Assembly (NCBI GenBank): GCA_965263035.1
Contig: OZ253580.1
Span: forward strand, 224,001-288,000
DNA length: 64,000 nt
Source: Acidobacteriota bacterium
GTDB lineage: Bacteria; Acidobacteriota; UBA6911; RPQK01; JAJDTT01
Reading direction: 5' to 3'
Of the stretch, positions 30,281 through 39,591 are shown in pieces. Position numbers and translations under genes: made by a program. The notes beneath the pieces are model-generated. The model searched no databases and had not been told where the DNA came from. It worked only from the letters and a program-made list of their open reading frames with translations. Positions within the stretch are counted from its first letter, which is position 1. Each line of letters starts with the position of its first letter.

Positions 30281-31068
30281 TACCGGGCGGCCAGGATGCT
30301 CCCCAGGAACTTTCGCGTCCGGGCTTCCCGCGGCTGAGAGAAGATGATCTTGGGAGCCGCGTCCTCCACGATCCGTCCCCGGTCCAGAAACACGACCCGA
30401 TCGGCGATGTCCCGGGCAAAGCCCATGTGGTGGGTCACGATCAACATGGTGATGTCGCTCTCCTGGGCCAGCATTTCCAACACCTGAAGCACCTCGCCCA
30501 CCAACTCGGGGTCCAGCGCAGACGTGACCTCGTCGAAGAGCATGATCCGGGGCTGCATGGCCAGCGCTCGCGCGATAGCCACCCGCTGCTTCTGACCTCC
30601 CGAGAGCTGCGCCGGGTAGGCTTCGATCTTGTCCAGGAGGCCGACTTTCTCCAGCAGAGCCAGAGCACGCCCCCGAGCCGATTCCTGGGACAGGCCCAGG
30701 ACCCGCAGGGGCGCCACCGTCAGGTTCTTGAGCACGGTCATGTGGGGAAACAGATTGAACTGCTGGAAGACCATTCCCACCTTGCTCCGAATCTCCCTCA
30801 AACGTCGAGATCCGGCGGGAACCTGCCTGCCACCGCGGTCCTGTTCCCAGACCGCCTGGCCGTCGATGAACACCTGGCCCGAGTCCACTCGCTCCAAGGT
30901 CATGAGGACTCGGAGAATGGTCGATTTTCCGGAACCGCTGGGACCGATCAGCGCCAGCTTCTGGGACGGGGGCACTTGGAGGTCGAGATCGTCCAACACC
31001 AGAAGCTCACCATACGACTTCCGGACCCGTTGCATGGAGATGATGGGATTGGGGCTGGTCTGGGACAA
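30280..31068 (-). CDS. ehuA: Polar amino acid ABC transporter ATP-binding protein, ectoine/hydroxyectoine EhuA-like
   Basis: GPSGSGKSTILRVLMTLE, LSGGQKQRVAIARALAM.P and FDEVTSALDPELVGEVL. The LMTLE and DEVT variants are typical of EhuA. Confidence 0.75.
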   Translation of the reverse strand: MSQTSPNPIISMQRVRKSYGELLVLDDLDLQVPPSQKLALIGPSGSGKSTILRVLMTLERVDSGQVFIDGQAVWEQDRGGRQVPAGSRRLREIRSKVGMVFQQFNLFPHMTVLKNLTVAPLRVLGLSQESARGRALALLEKVGLLDKIEAYPAQLSGGQKQRVAIARALAMQPRIMLFDEVTSALDPELVGEVLQVLEMLAQESDITMLIVTHHMGFARDIADRVVFLDRGRIVEDAAPKIIFSQPREARTRKFLGSILAAR

Positions 31069-31075
31069 GAGCTGC

Positions 31076-33586
31076 CTACTGAATCTGGAATCCGTACAGG
31101 TCGGCGCGCTGGAGGTGGAAGCGAAGACGGACCGGCCGGCCTCGCAAGGAAGCGAGATCCGGTTTTTCTTTCCAGGTCACTTCCTGCCGAGTGCTGTCGA
31201 AGGCCGCGAGCAAGCACTCGTCCCGGCCGTAACCAGCCAGCGGACGTCCTCCTTCGTCCAGGACCTCCACGGTCACCCCGCCACCGGCGGCCGCCGCGTT
31301 GACCGTCAACCGGGTCCCCTGGAATACCAGCGGATGGGTCGTCAGCATGCCTTCCCGCTCTCCGGCCCGCCGCGACGCGAACCCATTGGTGCGGTACTCC
31401 ACCCGGGCCGGAGCGATCTGGAACCCCCGGCTCTTTTCGATATGGTCCTCGCGCGTCTGGCCGGTATGGGCTTTTATCTCCGCCCAAAACGCTTCCCGCA
31501 CTTCCTCCACGGTCTGGCTGCAGCGGGGCCGCCGCCAACTCCAGATGCAATCGTACAGAGCCCACCCCGGTTCCACCGGAGCCGGTGGGGAAAGGTAGGC
31601 GCGACCGCTGTATTGCATATCGTCGAAGATCTTGGAGGCGGGAATTCCGGGGTCATCCGGACCGCCCCCCACCAGCTTGTCCCGGTTCCAGGCATTGAAG
31701 TGCAGGGTGTTTGTGCCGTGGTAGAAGCCGATGGAGCGGTCTCCCTCCACCGGGCCCTCCGCGAAACCGTAGACGATCCCGTAATCGAAGCTGCCCTCGG
31801 TTCCGTTGGGAATCCAGGCCTGATCTCCTCCCAGATCCTCCCAGTGGATCCCGTTGCGGCTCATCCAGAGTTGGATCGCCATCCGTTGAGTCCCGCAGTC
31901 GTAGAGCGGAAAGAAGGCGACGTAGAGGTCGCCGATCCGCTTCACCCGCTGCATCCCGTAGCTCTGGTGTTTCGGGTGTTCCCGCGGCGGCGCCCAGATG
32001 TAGCTCCGGTTCCAGTTCACCCCGTCGCGCGTGGTCATCCGTCCCAGGTTTCGCGAGACGGCCCACTTGTTGTCGTACCTCACCAACGCCCGGCCCTTGG
32101 ACGGGGGATGGGCCGCGAAATAGAGCACCAGCTCCCCGGTCCGCTCGTCGTAGAACATGGGTCCCAGGTTGTCGGTGGGACTGTCCAGCGTTTCCACCTG
32201 CAGGTGAAGCCGCATGAAGGGGCGTTCCGTAGTGAGGTACCCCACGCCCTCCGAGTCCCGGACCATCAGGTAGACTCCCCGCTGAAACTCCATGTCCGGG
32301 AATTTGGGACTGTTGACCCGGGTGGCGGTCCGCAGATCGGGCGTCCCACGGGTTCGGTAATCCCACAGGCCCCCGTACTCGTCCCCTTCGCCCACGTGGC
32401 CCCGGTCCGGCATCTTTTCCAGGATGTTGTTGGCCCGGGAACCTTGGAACTCCACCAGCCCCAGCTCCGGCTTGGTCCAACGGACGCCATCGCCGGACAC
32501 CGCCAGTAGCCGATAGCGGGTCGGGCTCAAATATTCCAGTTCGTACCGTTGCTGCTCCCGGTTGAAGGCAGGGGCGGCTCCGGCGGGCAGCATGACGGCA
32601 TGGCCCTCCCAAGGCCGGTCGGGCCGGACCAGGGGCCGATCCTCCAATTTGCGGGCCGGATGGAAGACCTTCCGGAGATTCCGCTGGTCCTCGATCAGGA
32701 AGTCGTCCACGAACAGCTGGGGAGCCACGGGGATCTCCAGGGGCGGTTCCGGTTTCGGCGCCGGCCCGTTCCGGTGCAGGTACAATGCCCGGCGGACCCC
32801 ATCCTCCCAGAGCCGCCCGTCGACTCGGGGCCTCACCCGCACGTGATACGTGGCCGCCTTCAGGCCGGTGAGATCGAAGCCGACACGAGCCTTGTCCCGG
32901 GTGAGCCGGAGTTGATTGGCGGGTGACCGCCGGCGGCCGGTGCCGGCTTCCACCAGATCCACCTCCACCGACAATTCCCGGACCGGCGCGCCTTCCCTGA
33001 GCCAGAGCTCCACCTCGGCGGCGTTGTCGTCGATATAGGCCAAGCGGTCCAGATCCGCTCCGACCCAGGTCTGGACCGGAAGCCGAAAGTCGTTGGAGAA
33101 CAGGATCCGGCCGTCCCGCACCCGCCTTCCCTTAACGGTCAGGAGGTAGTTGCCCGGGTCGTGGGTGTCGATCCACCAGCCGGTTCGCAAATATCCCCGG
33201 ACCCTCTCCTGAGGTCCCTTGTGGCTGGCGGCGGGGAGCGGCCGGTAAGGTCCGTGACCCAAGAGAGGACCCAGATCGAAGCCGACCGTTACACCGTCCG
33301 CGCCCGGCTCCACCAGTCGTTTCTCGGTTCGGGCCCCTCCTGCGGGAAACCCCACCGACACTTCCAGTTCCACGGCTTCCGCCGCGGCGTAGTGAAATTG
33401 GAGCCGATGTCCGGCCTCTCCCACAAAATTCAACCGGAGCCCGGTGGGATCCGCTTCCTGACCGCCCCGTTGGACCCGATAGGGAGTCAGATCGATGGGC
33501 GCGGACGGACTCTGAGGAACCACCTCCGGGGAGAAAAAGAACAAGACCAGGATCGGAGCCAGCATCCGTCGGGCGCTCGAATTCAT
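31076..33586 (-). CDS. Large exported protein with C-terminal GH32/GH43-like propeller (paralog of 9777 and 11340)
   Basis: Sec signal. QLFVDD, PLVRPDRPWE, SGDGVRWTKPELG and R.NGF.S...G.LTTHPL...V.W...LRF motifs. Confidence 0.75.
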   Translation of the reverse strand: MNSSARRMLAPILVLFFFSPEVVPQSPSAPIDLTPYRVQRGGQEADPTGLRLNFVGEAGHRLQFHYAAAEAVELEVSVGFPAGGARTEKRLVEPGADGVTVGFDLGPLLGHGPYRPLPAASHKGPQERVRGYLRTGWWIDTHDPGNYLLTVKGRRVRDGRILFSNDFRLPVQTWVGADLDRLAYIDDNAAEVELWLREGAPVRELSVEVDLVEAGTGRRRSPANQLRLTRDKARVGFDLTGLKAATYHVRVRPRVDGRLWEDGVRRALYLHRNGPAPKPEPPLEIPVAPQLFVDDFLIEDQRNLRKVFHPARKLEDRPLVRPDRPWEGHAVMLPAGAAPAFNREQQRYELEYLSPTRYRLLAVSGDGVRWTKPELGLVEFQGSRANNILEKMPDRGHVGEGDEYGGLWDYRTRGTPDLRTATRVNSPKFPDMEFQRGVYLMVRDSEGVGYLTTERPFMRLHLQVETLDSPTDNLGPMFYDERTGELVLYFAAHPPSKGRALVRYDNKWAVSRNLGRMTTRDGVNWNRSYIWAPPREHPKHQSYGMQRVKRIGDLYVAFFPLYDCGTQRMAIQLWMSRNGIHWEDLGGDQAWIPNGTEGSFDYGIVYGFAEGPVEGDRSIGFYHGTNTLHFNAWNRDKLVGGGPDDPGIPASKIFDDMQYSGRAYLSPPAPVEPGWALYDCIWSWRRPRCSQTVEEVREAFWAEIKAHTGQTREDHIEKSRGFQIAPARVEYRTNGFASRRAGEREGMLTTHPLVFQGTRLTVNAAAAGGGVTVEVLDEGGRPLAGYGRDECLLAAFDSTRQEVTWKEKPDLASLRGRPVRLRFHLQRADLYGFQIQ

Positions 33587-33695
33587 CGCAGACCCTCCAC
33601 CGATTTCGGGTGTTCGTTTCGTATCAGTTTCGGACTCATTCTAGCCTGAATTCCACACCGGGTCCCGGTGGCAACAAGGTAACGGGAATTGTCAT

Positions 33696-33855
33696 CAGTC
33701 CGTGGTGAAAGTCCCGCGAGCACCGAGACCGTTCCTGCGCCCGCCGGACCAGGCGCAACGGAGGGAGCATACCGGGAATATGTGAGCCGATAGCAACGCA
33801 GTCCGCGCACGATGCAGGGACGGTCGAATGCCGTGACGACTCTTGCCACGGGCTG
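33696..33855 (+). mobile_element. MITE-like element family A, copy A2
   Basis: Near-identical to A1 over 160 bp. Flanks TCAT/GTAT. Confidence 0.85.
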
Positions 33856-33868
33856 GTATCGTGCTGCG

Positions 33869-34825
33869 ATGGCGAACGCTCCCGCCCTCCGTCTTCGCGG
33901 CATCAGGAAGAACTACGGCAAGAAGATGGCCTTGGGCGGAGTGGATCTGGAAGCGCCACACGACTCCATTTGTGGTCTGATCGGCCCCAACGGCGCCGGA
34001 AAGACGACCCTGCTCCGCATCATTCTCGACATCATCGGTCCCGACGCCGGAACCGTCGAGGTGTTGGGCACTACCGATCTCCGGTCGACCCGCCTCCGCA
34101 TCGGATACCTCCCGGAAGAACGTGGGCTTTATCCCAAGATGCGGGTCGTCGACCACCTGGTGTTTCTGGGCGTGCTCAAGGGTCTGGGCCGACGAGACGC
34201 CATGAAACGGGCTCGCGCCGGACTCGAGGAGGTCGGACTCGGCGAGCGCGCCCGGGACAAGGTGGAGACTCTCTCCAAGGGAATGCAGCAGAAGGTCCAG
34301 CTTCTGGCCACGATCCTCCACGAGCCGGAGCTGCTGGTCCTGGACGAGCCGTTCAGCGGGCTGGACCCACTCAACGTGGAGCTCTTCAAACGGTTGGTGC
34401 TGGAGCAACGCCGGGCGGGAGCGACCGTACTCTTTTCCACCCACCTGATTGAAGACGCCGAGCGTCTCTGTGACCGGGTGTGCATGATCGCCGGCGCCAA
34501 CAAGGTCCTGGACGGGAAGGTGAGCGACTTGAAGGCGGCCTCCGGGCGGCGGGATCTGGCCATCGCCTTCGAGGGGAACAGCGAGTTCCTGGCGGCGCCC
34601 GGCCTGGTGGAACGGGTGGCCGACCAGGGCGGTTACGTGGAAGTTCGGCTCAAGGCCGATGCCGACCCACAGGCACTGCTCCGCCGGGCCCTGGAATCGG
34701 GAGTGACGATTTCACGTTTCGAACTGACGGAACCCTCACTGCGCGAGATCTTCATGGAGAAAGCGGAGGCGGCCGGTCTGTCGGCGAGTGACGCCCCCAG
34801 GGCTGGTGAGGGAACCGGTAGATGA
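33869..34825 (+). CDS. ABC-2 type transporter ATP-binding protein (NatA-like)
   Basis: GPNGAGKTT, GYLPEERGLY, LSKGMQQK, LDEPFSGLDP and EPSL.EIF motifs. Confidence 0.9.
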   Translation: MANAPALRLRGIRKNYGKKMALGGVDLEAPHDSICGLIGPNGAGKTTLLRIILDIIGPDAGTVEVLGTTDLRSTRLRIGYLPEERGLYPKMRVVDHLVFLGVLKGLGRRDAMKRARAGLEEVGLGERARDKVETLSKGMQQKVQLLATILHEPELLVLDEPFSGLDPLNVELFKRLVLEQRRAGATVLFSTHLIEDAERLCDRVCMIAGANKVLDGKVSDLKAASGRRDLAIAFEGNSEFLAAPGLVERVADQGGYVEVRLKADADPQALLRRALESGVTISRFELTEPSLREIFMEKAEAAGLSASDAPRAGEGTGR

Positions 34826-36222
34826 ACCCGTTTACGCCGAATGTACTCGCAGTTGCGGCCCGTGAGTTCATGCAACGCGTCAAGACAAAGTGGTTCATCC
34901 TGGGCACCATCGGAATGCCGGTGATCATGGTCGGGGTGGCATTCCTGATCGTTTTCGCGATGCGGGACGTGGAGGACTCCGAGCGGGGGAAGACCATCGG
35001 CGTCGTGGACACCGATGGCACCGTAGCGGACCTGCTGGTGGAGGAGTTGAACGACGGTTTCGTTACGGCCTCGAGGGTGCGCGATCTGGAACGTCTTCCC
35101 GCCCCCACGATCAGGGAGCGGTTCCTGTCGGCACCTTTCGACTACCTGCTGATTCTACCGTTGGGTGCCGCCGCTTCAGAGGGGGTGGCCCGCTCCCCGA
35201 ATCGACGGGAGCCGGCGAAGAACGGGGAAACGGATGACGCCGGGGACCGGCTGGCCGCCACCCTGCTGGGCAAGGACAGGGTCCCGTCGGCAACCCGGAG
35301 ATCGGTCCGAAATGCGCTCCAACGCGCCCTCTTGCAGACTCGCCTCCAAGCGGCGGGAGTCGAAGCGGTGGACGCTCGAGAGCTGTTGCGCAGACCTCGA
35401 TTGAATACGGTGAACGTCACCGAAACGGGCGATAGCCGCTCCCAGACCATACAGACCGTTGCCAGCATGGGTATCGTCTATGTCTTTTTCATGCTCCTGG
35501 TGGCTTACGGGCAGATGGTCCTGATGTCGACCATCGAGGACAAGCAATCGAACATCGTCGAAATCCTGGCATCGTCGTTACGCCCCTGGGAACTGATGTT
35601 GGGGAAGATACTGGGGTGCGGCGCCATGGCCCTGGCTCAGATCGGAATCTGGGCGCTGATGTTGGCGGCCACGGCGGGCTACGCTCTCGCCCGCGGCGGA
35701 TTGCCGAGCCTACCGTCCACCGCCCCTGTTTCCGGCGGCCCCGGCCCTCTCACCGGTGCTGCTGCCGAGTTGGCGGACATCGACCTGATTTCGGGCTCGA
35801 TCCCGTGGGACAGCATGGTCCCCGCTGTCCTTTTCTTCCTGCTCGGCTACCTCCTCTATACCTCGGTTTTCGCCGCTGTCGGGGCCACGGTCAGCGACCT
35901 TCAGGACGCCCAACAGGCGGTGACGCCCATCGTTTTCGTGAGCATGATCTCACTTGTCGCGGGCCCCTTGCTGATGGAGAGTCCCAACAACCGATGGGCC
36001 GTGATCCTGTCGATGGTCCCGCCCTTCAACGCCGTGGTGATGCCCTCCAGGCTCTTCGCCACCGAGGTGCCCTTCTGGCAGTGGGCACTCTCCCTCCTCC
36101 TGTTGGCCACGGGTGTGGCGGCCGCGGTCTGGGTGGCCGGGCGGATCTATCGGGTGGGAATCCTGATGAGGGGACAGCGCGCCAGCCTGCCCGAGATCGT
36201 TCGCTGGGTCCGCCACGGCTGA
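34822..36222 (+). CDS. ABC-2 type transporter permease (NatB-like)
   Basis: REF..RVK, IEDKQSNIVEILASSLRPWELMLGKILG, multiple TM segments. ATGA overlap with the ATPase gene. Confidence 0.9.
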   Translation: MNPFTPNVLAVAAREFMQRVKTKWFILGTIGMPVIMVGVAFLIVFAMRDVEDSERGKTIGVVDTDGTVADLLVEELNDGFVTASRVRDLERLPAPTIRERFLSAPFDYLLILPLGAAASEGVARSPNRREPAKNGETDDAGDRLAATLLGKDRVPSATRRSVRNALQRALLQTRLQAAGVEAVDARELLRRPRLNTVNVTETGDSRSQTIQTVASMGIVYVFFMLLVAYGQMVLMSTIEDKQSNIVEILASSLRPWELMLGKILGCGAMALAQIGIWALMLAATAGYALARGGLPSLPSTAPVSGGPGPLTGAAAELADIDLISGSIPWDSMVPAVLFFLLGYLLYTSVFAAVGATVSDLQDAQQAVTPIVFVSMISLVAGPLLMESPNNRWAVILSMVPPFNAVVMPSRLFATEVPFWQWALSLLLLATGVAAAVWVAGRIYRVGILMRGQRASLPEIVRWVRHG

Positions 36223-36275
36223 ACTGACCACCCCCTGCATTGGCCAACTCTCTCTAGAAAAACAATACGGGCACC

Positions 36276-36350
36276 CTGGGAGCGAGGACATTCTTGTCCC
36301 CGTCTTCATCGCCGACGCGGAACCGGCGGCTGGAAAGCTGTTGCTCCCAG
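36276..36350. repeat. Degenerate inverted REP-like pair
   Basis: CTGGGAGCGAGGACATTCTTGTCC ... GGCGGCTGGAAAGCTGTTGCTCCCAG with CTGGGAGC/GCTCCCAG outer arms. Confidence 0.6.
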
Positions 36351-36420
36351 ACATCCCGTTTTTCTGGTTGGATTGCGCCGGACCGGGGCCGGTGGGGGAC
36401 TTCTGAGAAACCGAGCAAAG

Positions 36421-36712
36421 AGCAAAGAGCAAAGCTCCCCCACCGGCCCGGTCCGGCGGACGCCCGGTAGAAAAAGGGTAGGAGCGCCGGTTTCCAACCG
36501 CCGAACTCCGGTGGAGCATGGAGGAATGGGCGACTGGAAGTCGCCCCTCCTTAGTTTCTTAGAAGAGTGAAGAAAGGCGCGTAGTTTACGCGTAGCGGGC
36601 ACCTCTACCGAAAACGATCTGGTTAAGGATTCTGGAGCCAGATTGGTTCGAAGGCTTGTTTCTTCCATGAATCGTCCGGAACCCAGCCGGTGAGGGAGCT
36701 TTTCTCTTTCCT
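36421..36712. mobile_element. MITE-like element family B, copy B2
   Basis: Co-linear with B1, same orientation, with the same TIRs. Confidence 0.8.
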
Positions 36713-36766
36713 CGCCTTCCCCTCGTCCTCATTGCACCCAGGTTCGGTTCGGCATAATCTGCCCCT

Positions 36767-37165
36767 GTGAAGACCCTGGCCAGCTCCATGCTCCTGCTCG
36801 TCCTGGCCACCAGTCCCATGGTCTGGGTGGTTCAAGAATCGGAGAGCGAGCCGGCGGCTTCGGTCTGCCCGACCCATGGGAGCGTCTGCTGCTGCCCGGT
36901 ATTGTGCCTGAAGCAGTTGAAGAACCCGGACGACGGTCATCGGGCCTGCGCCCGGCCGGTGCGGAAGGCGGACCCGCTCCGGTTCGTCGCCGACTGCGGA
37001 GCCGATCCCTTGGGCATCGGTTTCATGACCCTGAAGGCGGTCTTCCTGCCTCCGGTCCGGACCGATTTCGGAGACCTTGACTCCGGTCTTCCCCAGGACG
37101 CCCCCGTTCGAACACCCCTGGTTCCGCCAGCCGTAGAAGATCCTCCTCCACGCCGCTTCTCCTGA
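36767..37165 (+). CDS. Cys-rich exported leader protein ending in DPPPR; putative ribosome-arrest metal sensor (CruR/CutF-like)
   Basis: Hydrophobic N-terminus, CPTHGSVCCCPVLC...HRAC...C, Pro-rich C-terminus VPPAVEDPPPRRFS. Lies 110 bp upstream of the TonB receptor. Confidence 0.7.
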   Translation: MKTLASSMLLLVLATSPMVWVVQESESEPAASVCPTHGSVCCCPVLCLKQLKNPDDGHRACARPVRKADPLRFVADCGADPLGIGFMTLKAVFLPPVRTDFGDLDSGLPQDAPVRTPLVPPAVEDPPPRRFS

Positions 37166-37273
37166 ACCGACGACAGCAGTACGACGATTTCGGGTCCCCG
37201 ACCGCCGGAGTGACATCCGCGCGCCCGCCGGGGTCCCCGTCTCATCTGACCGTGCGACACCACAAGGAGGATC
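37139..37273 (+). promoter_or_regulatory. Putative anti-SD/SD pairing (GATCCTCCT 37139-37147 with AGGAGGATC 37265-37273)
   Basis: Exact 9-nt reverse complement covering the receptor SD. The anti-SD is the Asp-Pro-Pro codons of the leader ORF. Confidence 0.6.
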
Positions 37274-37275
37274 GT

Positions 37276-39591
37276 ATGCGCCGACTTATTGGCACCGCGG
37301 TCTGGCTCCAACTCGCCGGCATCGCTCCTGCGGGAGGGATGCTCCTGGCCTCGGAAGCCGAACCCATATTGTTCGAGGGCCGGGTCCTGGACCCTCACGG
37401 CTATCCCATTCCGGGCGCCGAAGTGAAGGCTCTCAGTTCCGGTCGACCGGTGGAGGCCCGCTTCACCGATGATCGAGGCGAGTTTCGGGTCCGCCTGAAA
37501 CCGGGACGCTACTCGTTGAGGGTCCGGGTGCCTGGATTTCAGATCTACGCAAAGACGTGGCTTCTAGGAGATGAGCCCCAGGAGTTGCTGTTGCGGCTGG
37601 AGGTGGACACCACCACGCAACATCTGGAGGTCAGGGCGAGTGCTCCCCGGATGCACAGCGAACTGGCTGTCGGGAGTGGCAAGATCGACCGTCAAGAGAG
37701 TCAGGACCTGGCCGAGCTCCTCCGGGGCGAGGCCGGAACGGCTGCGGTCCGGCGAGGACCCATCAACCTGGAACCGAACATTCGGGGCCTGCAGGAAAAC
37801 CAGATCGGAACCTTCGTGGACCGGACCCGGACTTTTGCCGCCGGTCCCGCCCGGATGGACTCGGACATGAGCCACGTCAGCCCCCACGCGGTTCGGTCCA
37901 TCCGTGTGGTCAAGGGACCCTACGCCCTGGGTTGGGGGGCCGGGGTTCTGAGCGGAATCCAAGTGCAGACCTTCCGGCCACCCTTCTACACCGGCGGCAG
38001 CCGATTCCATGGCCGGCTCGGGTACCGCTACGGACAGAATGCCGTCAACCAGGATGGACATGGCCTGTTCTGGGGCGGTAACGAGTGGATGCGGCTTCAT
38101 CTGCTCTTCAACCGGCGGCAGGGGAATGACTACCGTGCGGGCGACGGGAGCCGGGTCCCAGGCGACTACAAGTCGGACGACGTGCATTGGAGCCTGGGAT
38201 TCAAGCTCCTGCCGGAACTCGTCCTGGACTATGCAGGGAGCTACCAGCAACAGAATGGCATCGATTACCCCGGACGCATCCTGGACGCCACCTATTTCTA
38301 CACCCGGTCCAACGCCGTGGGGTTGACCTGGAATCCGGCCGGGGGAGCCCTTTCGGAGATCCGCGGCCAGTTCTACCTGAACTTGAAGGACCACCTCATG
38401 AACAACGAGGAGAAGCCGACGGCGCGTCCGATGCCCGGCCGCACGCCTCCCTTCGGTCTGCTGGTGGACATTCCCACCGAGTCGAACACCGTCGGTGGAG
38501 ACTTCTCGGCTCTGGTTGAGCGAGGTCTCTGGGACTGGAGGTTCGGACTGGACTTCTACAATTCGAACCAGTCGGCCACCCGGTCCATCTTCAGGCGAAG
38601 TCCCAGGGTCCTCCTGTTCCGGGACGTGGTCTGGCCCGATGCCGAATTGAACGACCAGGGATTCTACGTTCAGATGCGCCGCGAGGGGGAGCACTCCGAA
38701 CTGGCGGGGACGGTCCGATTCGACCGGGTCCAAGCCGCGGCGGGCGCCGTTTCCGATTTCTTCGCCGCCAACACCAAGGGCGGGCTCGACCAGGGGGAGA
38801 CTCATCTGAGCGCTGCCGTGAACGGCAGTTGGTGGATCAGCCGGGACGTGTCCTTGACCGCCGGACTGGGACGCGCCGTGCGAACCGCCACGGTCCTGGA
38901 ACGCTATTCGGACCGATTTCCCGCGACCAAGTTCCAGATCGCGGCCGAGTTCATGGGCAATCCGGCCTTGAACCCGGAAGCAAGCCTGGAATTCAATGTG
39001 GGCGGCAGTCTACTGCGGGAAAGGACCCACTTGGGCCTGGACCTCTTTCACCGCGAGATCGACAACTACATCACCGTGCAGGCGGACCCCTCCCTGCGGA
39101 AGCGTCTGCCTTTGAGCCCGCCGCTGGTGTTCCGCTACATCAACGGTTCGCAGGCCCGTTTCCGCGGAGCGGAATTGACGCTGGAACAGGACCTGACTTC
39201 CGTTTTTCGGCTCCGGGGATTCCTCTCCTACGTCTGGGGGGTGGATGAGCTGTTCGGAGAACCGATCCTGGGTCTACCCCCGTTTCAGGGACTGGCGGCT
39301 CTGGAACTGAGCTCGCCCGACCGGCGGTACTGGGTGGACCTGGCCGTGACGCTGGTGGACAGTCAAACTCGGGTGGCCTCCCGCCGGTTCGAGCAGATGA
39401 CCGATGGCTACACCATCGTCGATCTGAGAGGACGGGCTTCTCTCACCTCCGGATGGACTCTGAAGGCCGGGGTCGAAAACCTGGGTGATCGGCTCTACAG
39501 CAATCACCTCAACTCTCCGAATCCCTTTAACCGCCGCCGGATCCCGGAGCTGGGCCGGAATTTCTACGTGGGACTGGTGTACGAGTTTTGA
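37276..39591 (+). CDS. TonB-dependent receptor, OprC/NosA (copper receptor)-like, with N-terminal carboxypeptidase-regulatory-like domain
   Basis: SD AAGGAGG and signal peptide. Plug motifs EPNIRG...AGPARMD...IRVVKGPYAL. KDHLMNN, GNPALNPE, GVENL.DR.Y.NHL and C-terminal ...GLVYEF. Confidence 0.88.
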   Translation: MRRLIGTAVWLQLAGIAPAGGMLLASEAEPILFEGRVLDPHGYPIPGAEVKALSSGRPVEARFTDDRGEFRVRLKPGRYSLRVRVPGFQIYAKTWLLGDEPQELLLRLEVDTTTQHLEVRASAPRMHSELAVGSGKIDRQESQDLAELLRGEAGTAAVRRGPINLEPNIRGLQENQIGTFVDRTRTFAAGPARMDSDMSHVSPHAVRSIRVVKGPYALGWGAGVLSGIQVQTFRPPFYTGGSRFHGRLGYRYGQNAVNQDGHGLFWGGNEWMRLHLLFNRRQGNDYRAGDGSRVPGDYKSDDVHWSLGFKLLPELVLDYAGSYQQQNGIDYPGRILDATYFYTRSNAVGLTWNPAGGALSEIRGQFYLNLKDHLMNNEEKPTARPMPGRTPPFGLLVDIPTESNTVGGDFSALVERGLWDWRFGLDFYNSNQSATRSIFRRSPRVLLFRDVVWPDAELNDQGFYVQMRREGEHSELAGTVRFDRVQAAAGAVSDFFAANTKGGLDQGETHLSAAVNGSWWISRDVSLTAGLGRAVRTATVLERYSDRFPATKFQIAAEFMGNPALNPEASLEFNVGGSLLRERTHLGLDLFHREIDNYITVQADPSLRKRLPLSPPLVFRYINGSQARFRGAELTLEQDLTSVFRLRGFLSYVWGVDELFGEPILGLPPFQGLAALELSSPDRRYWVDLAVTLVDSQTRVASRRFEQMTDGYTIVDLRGRASLTSGWTLKAGVENLGDRLYSNHLNSPNPFNRRRIPELGRNFYVGLVYEF

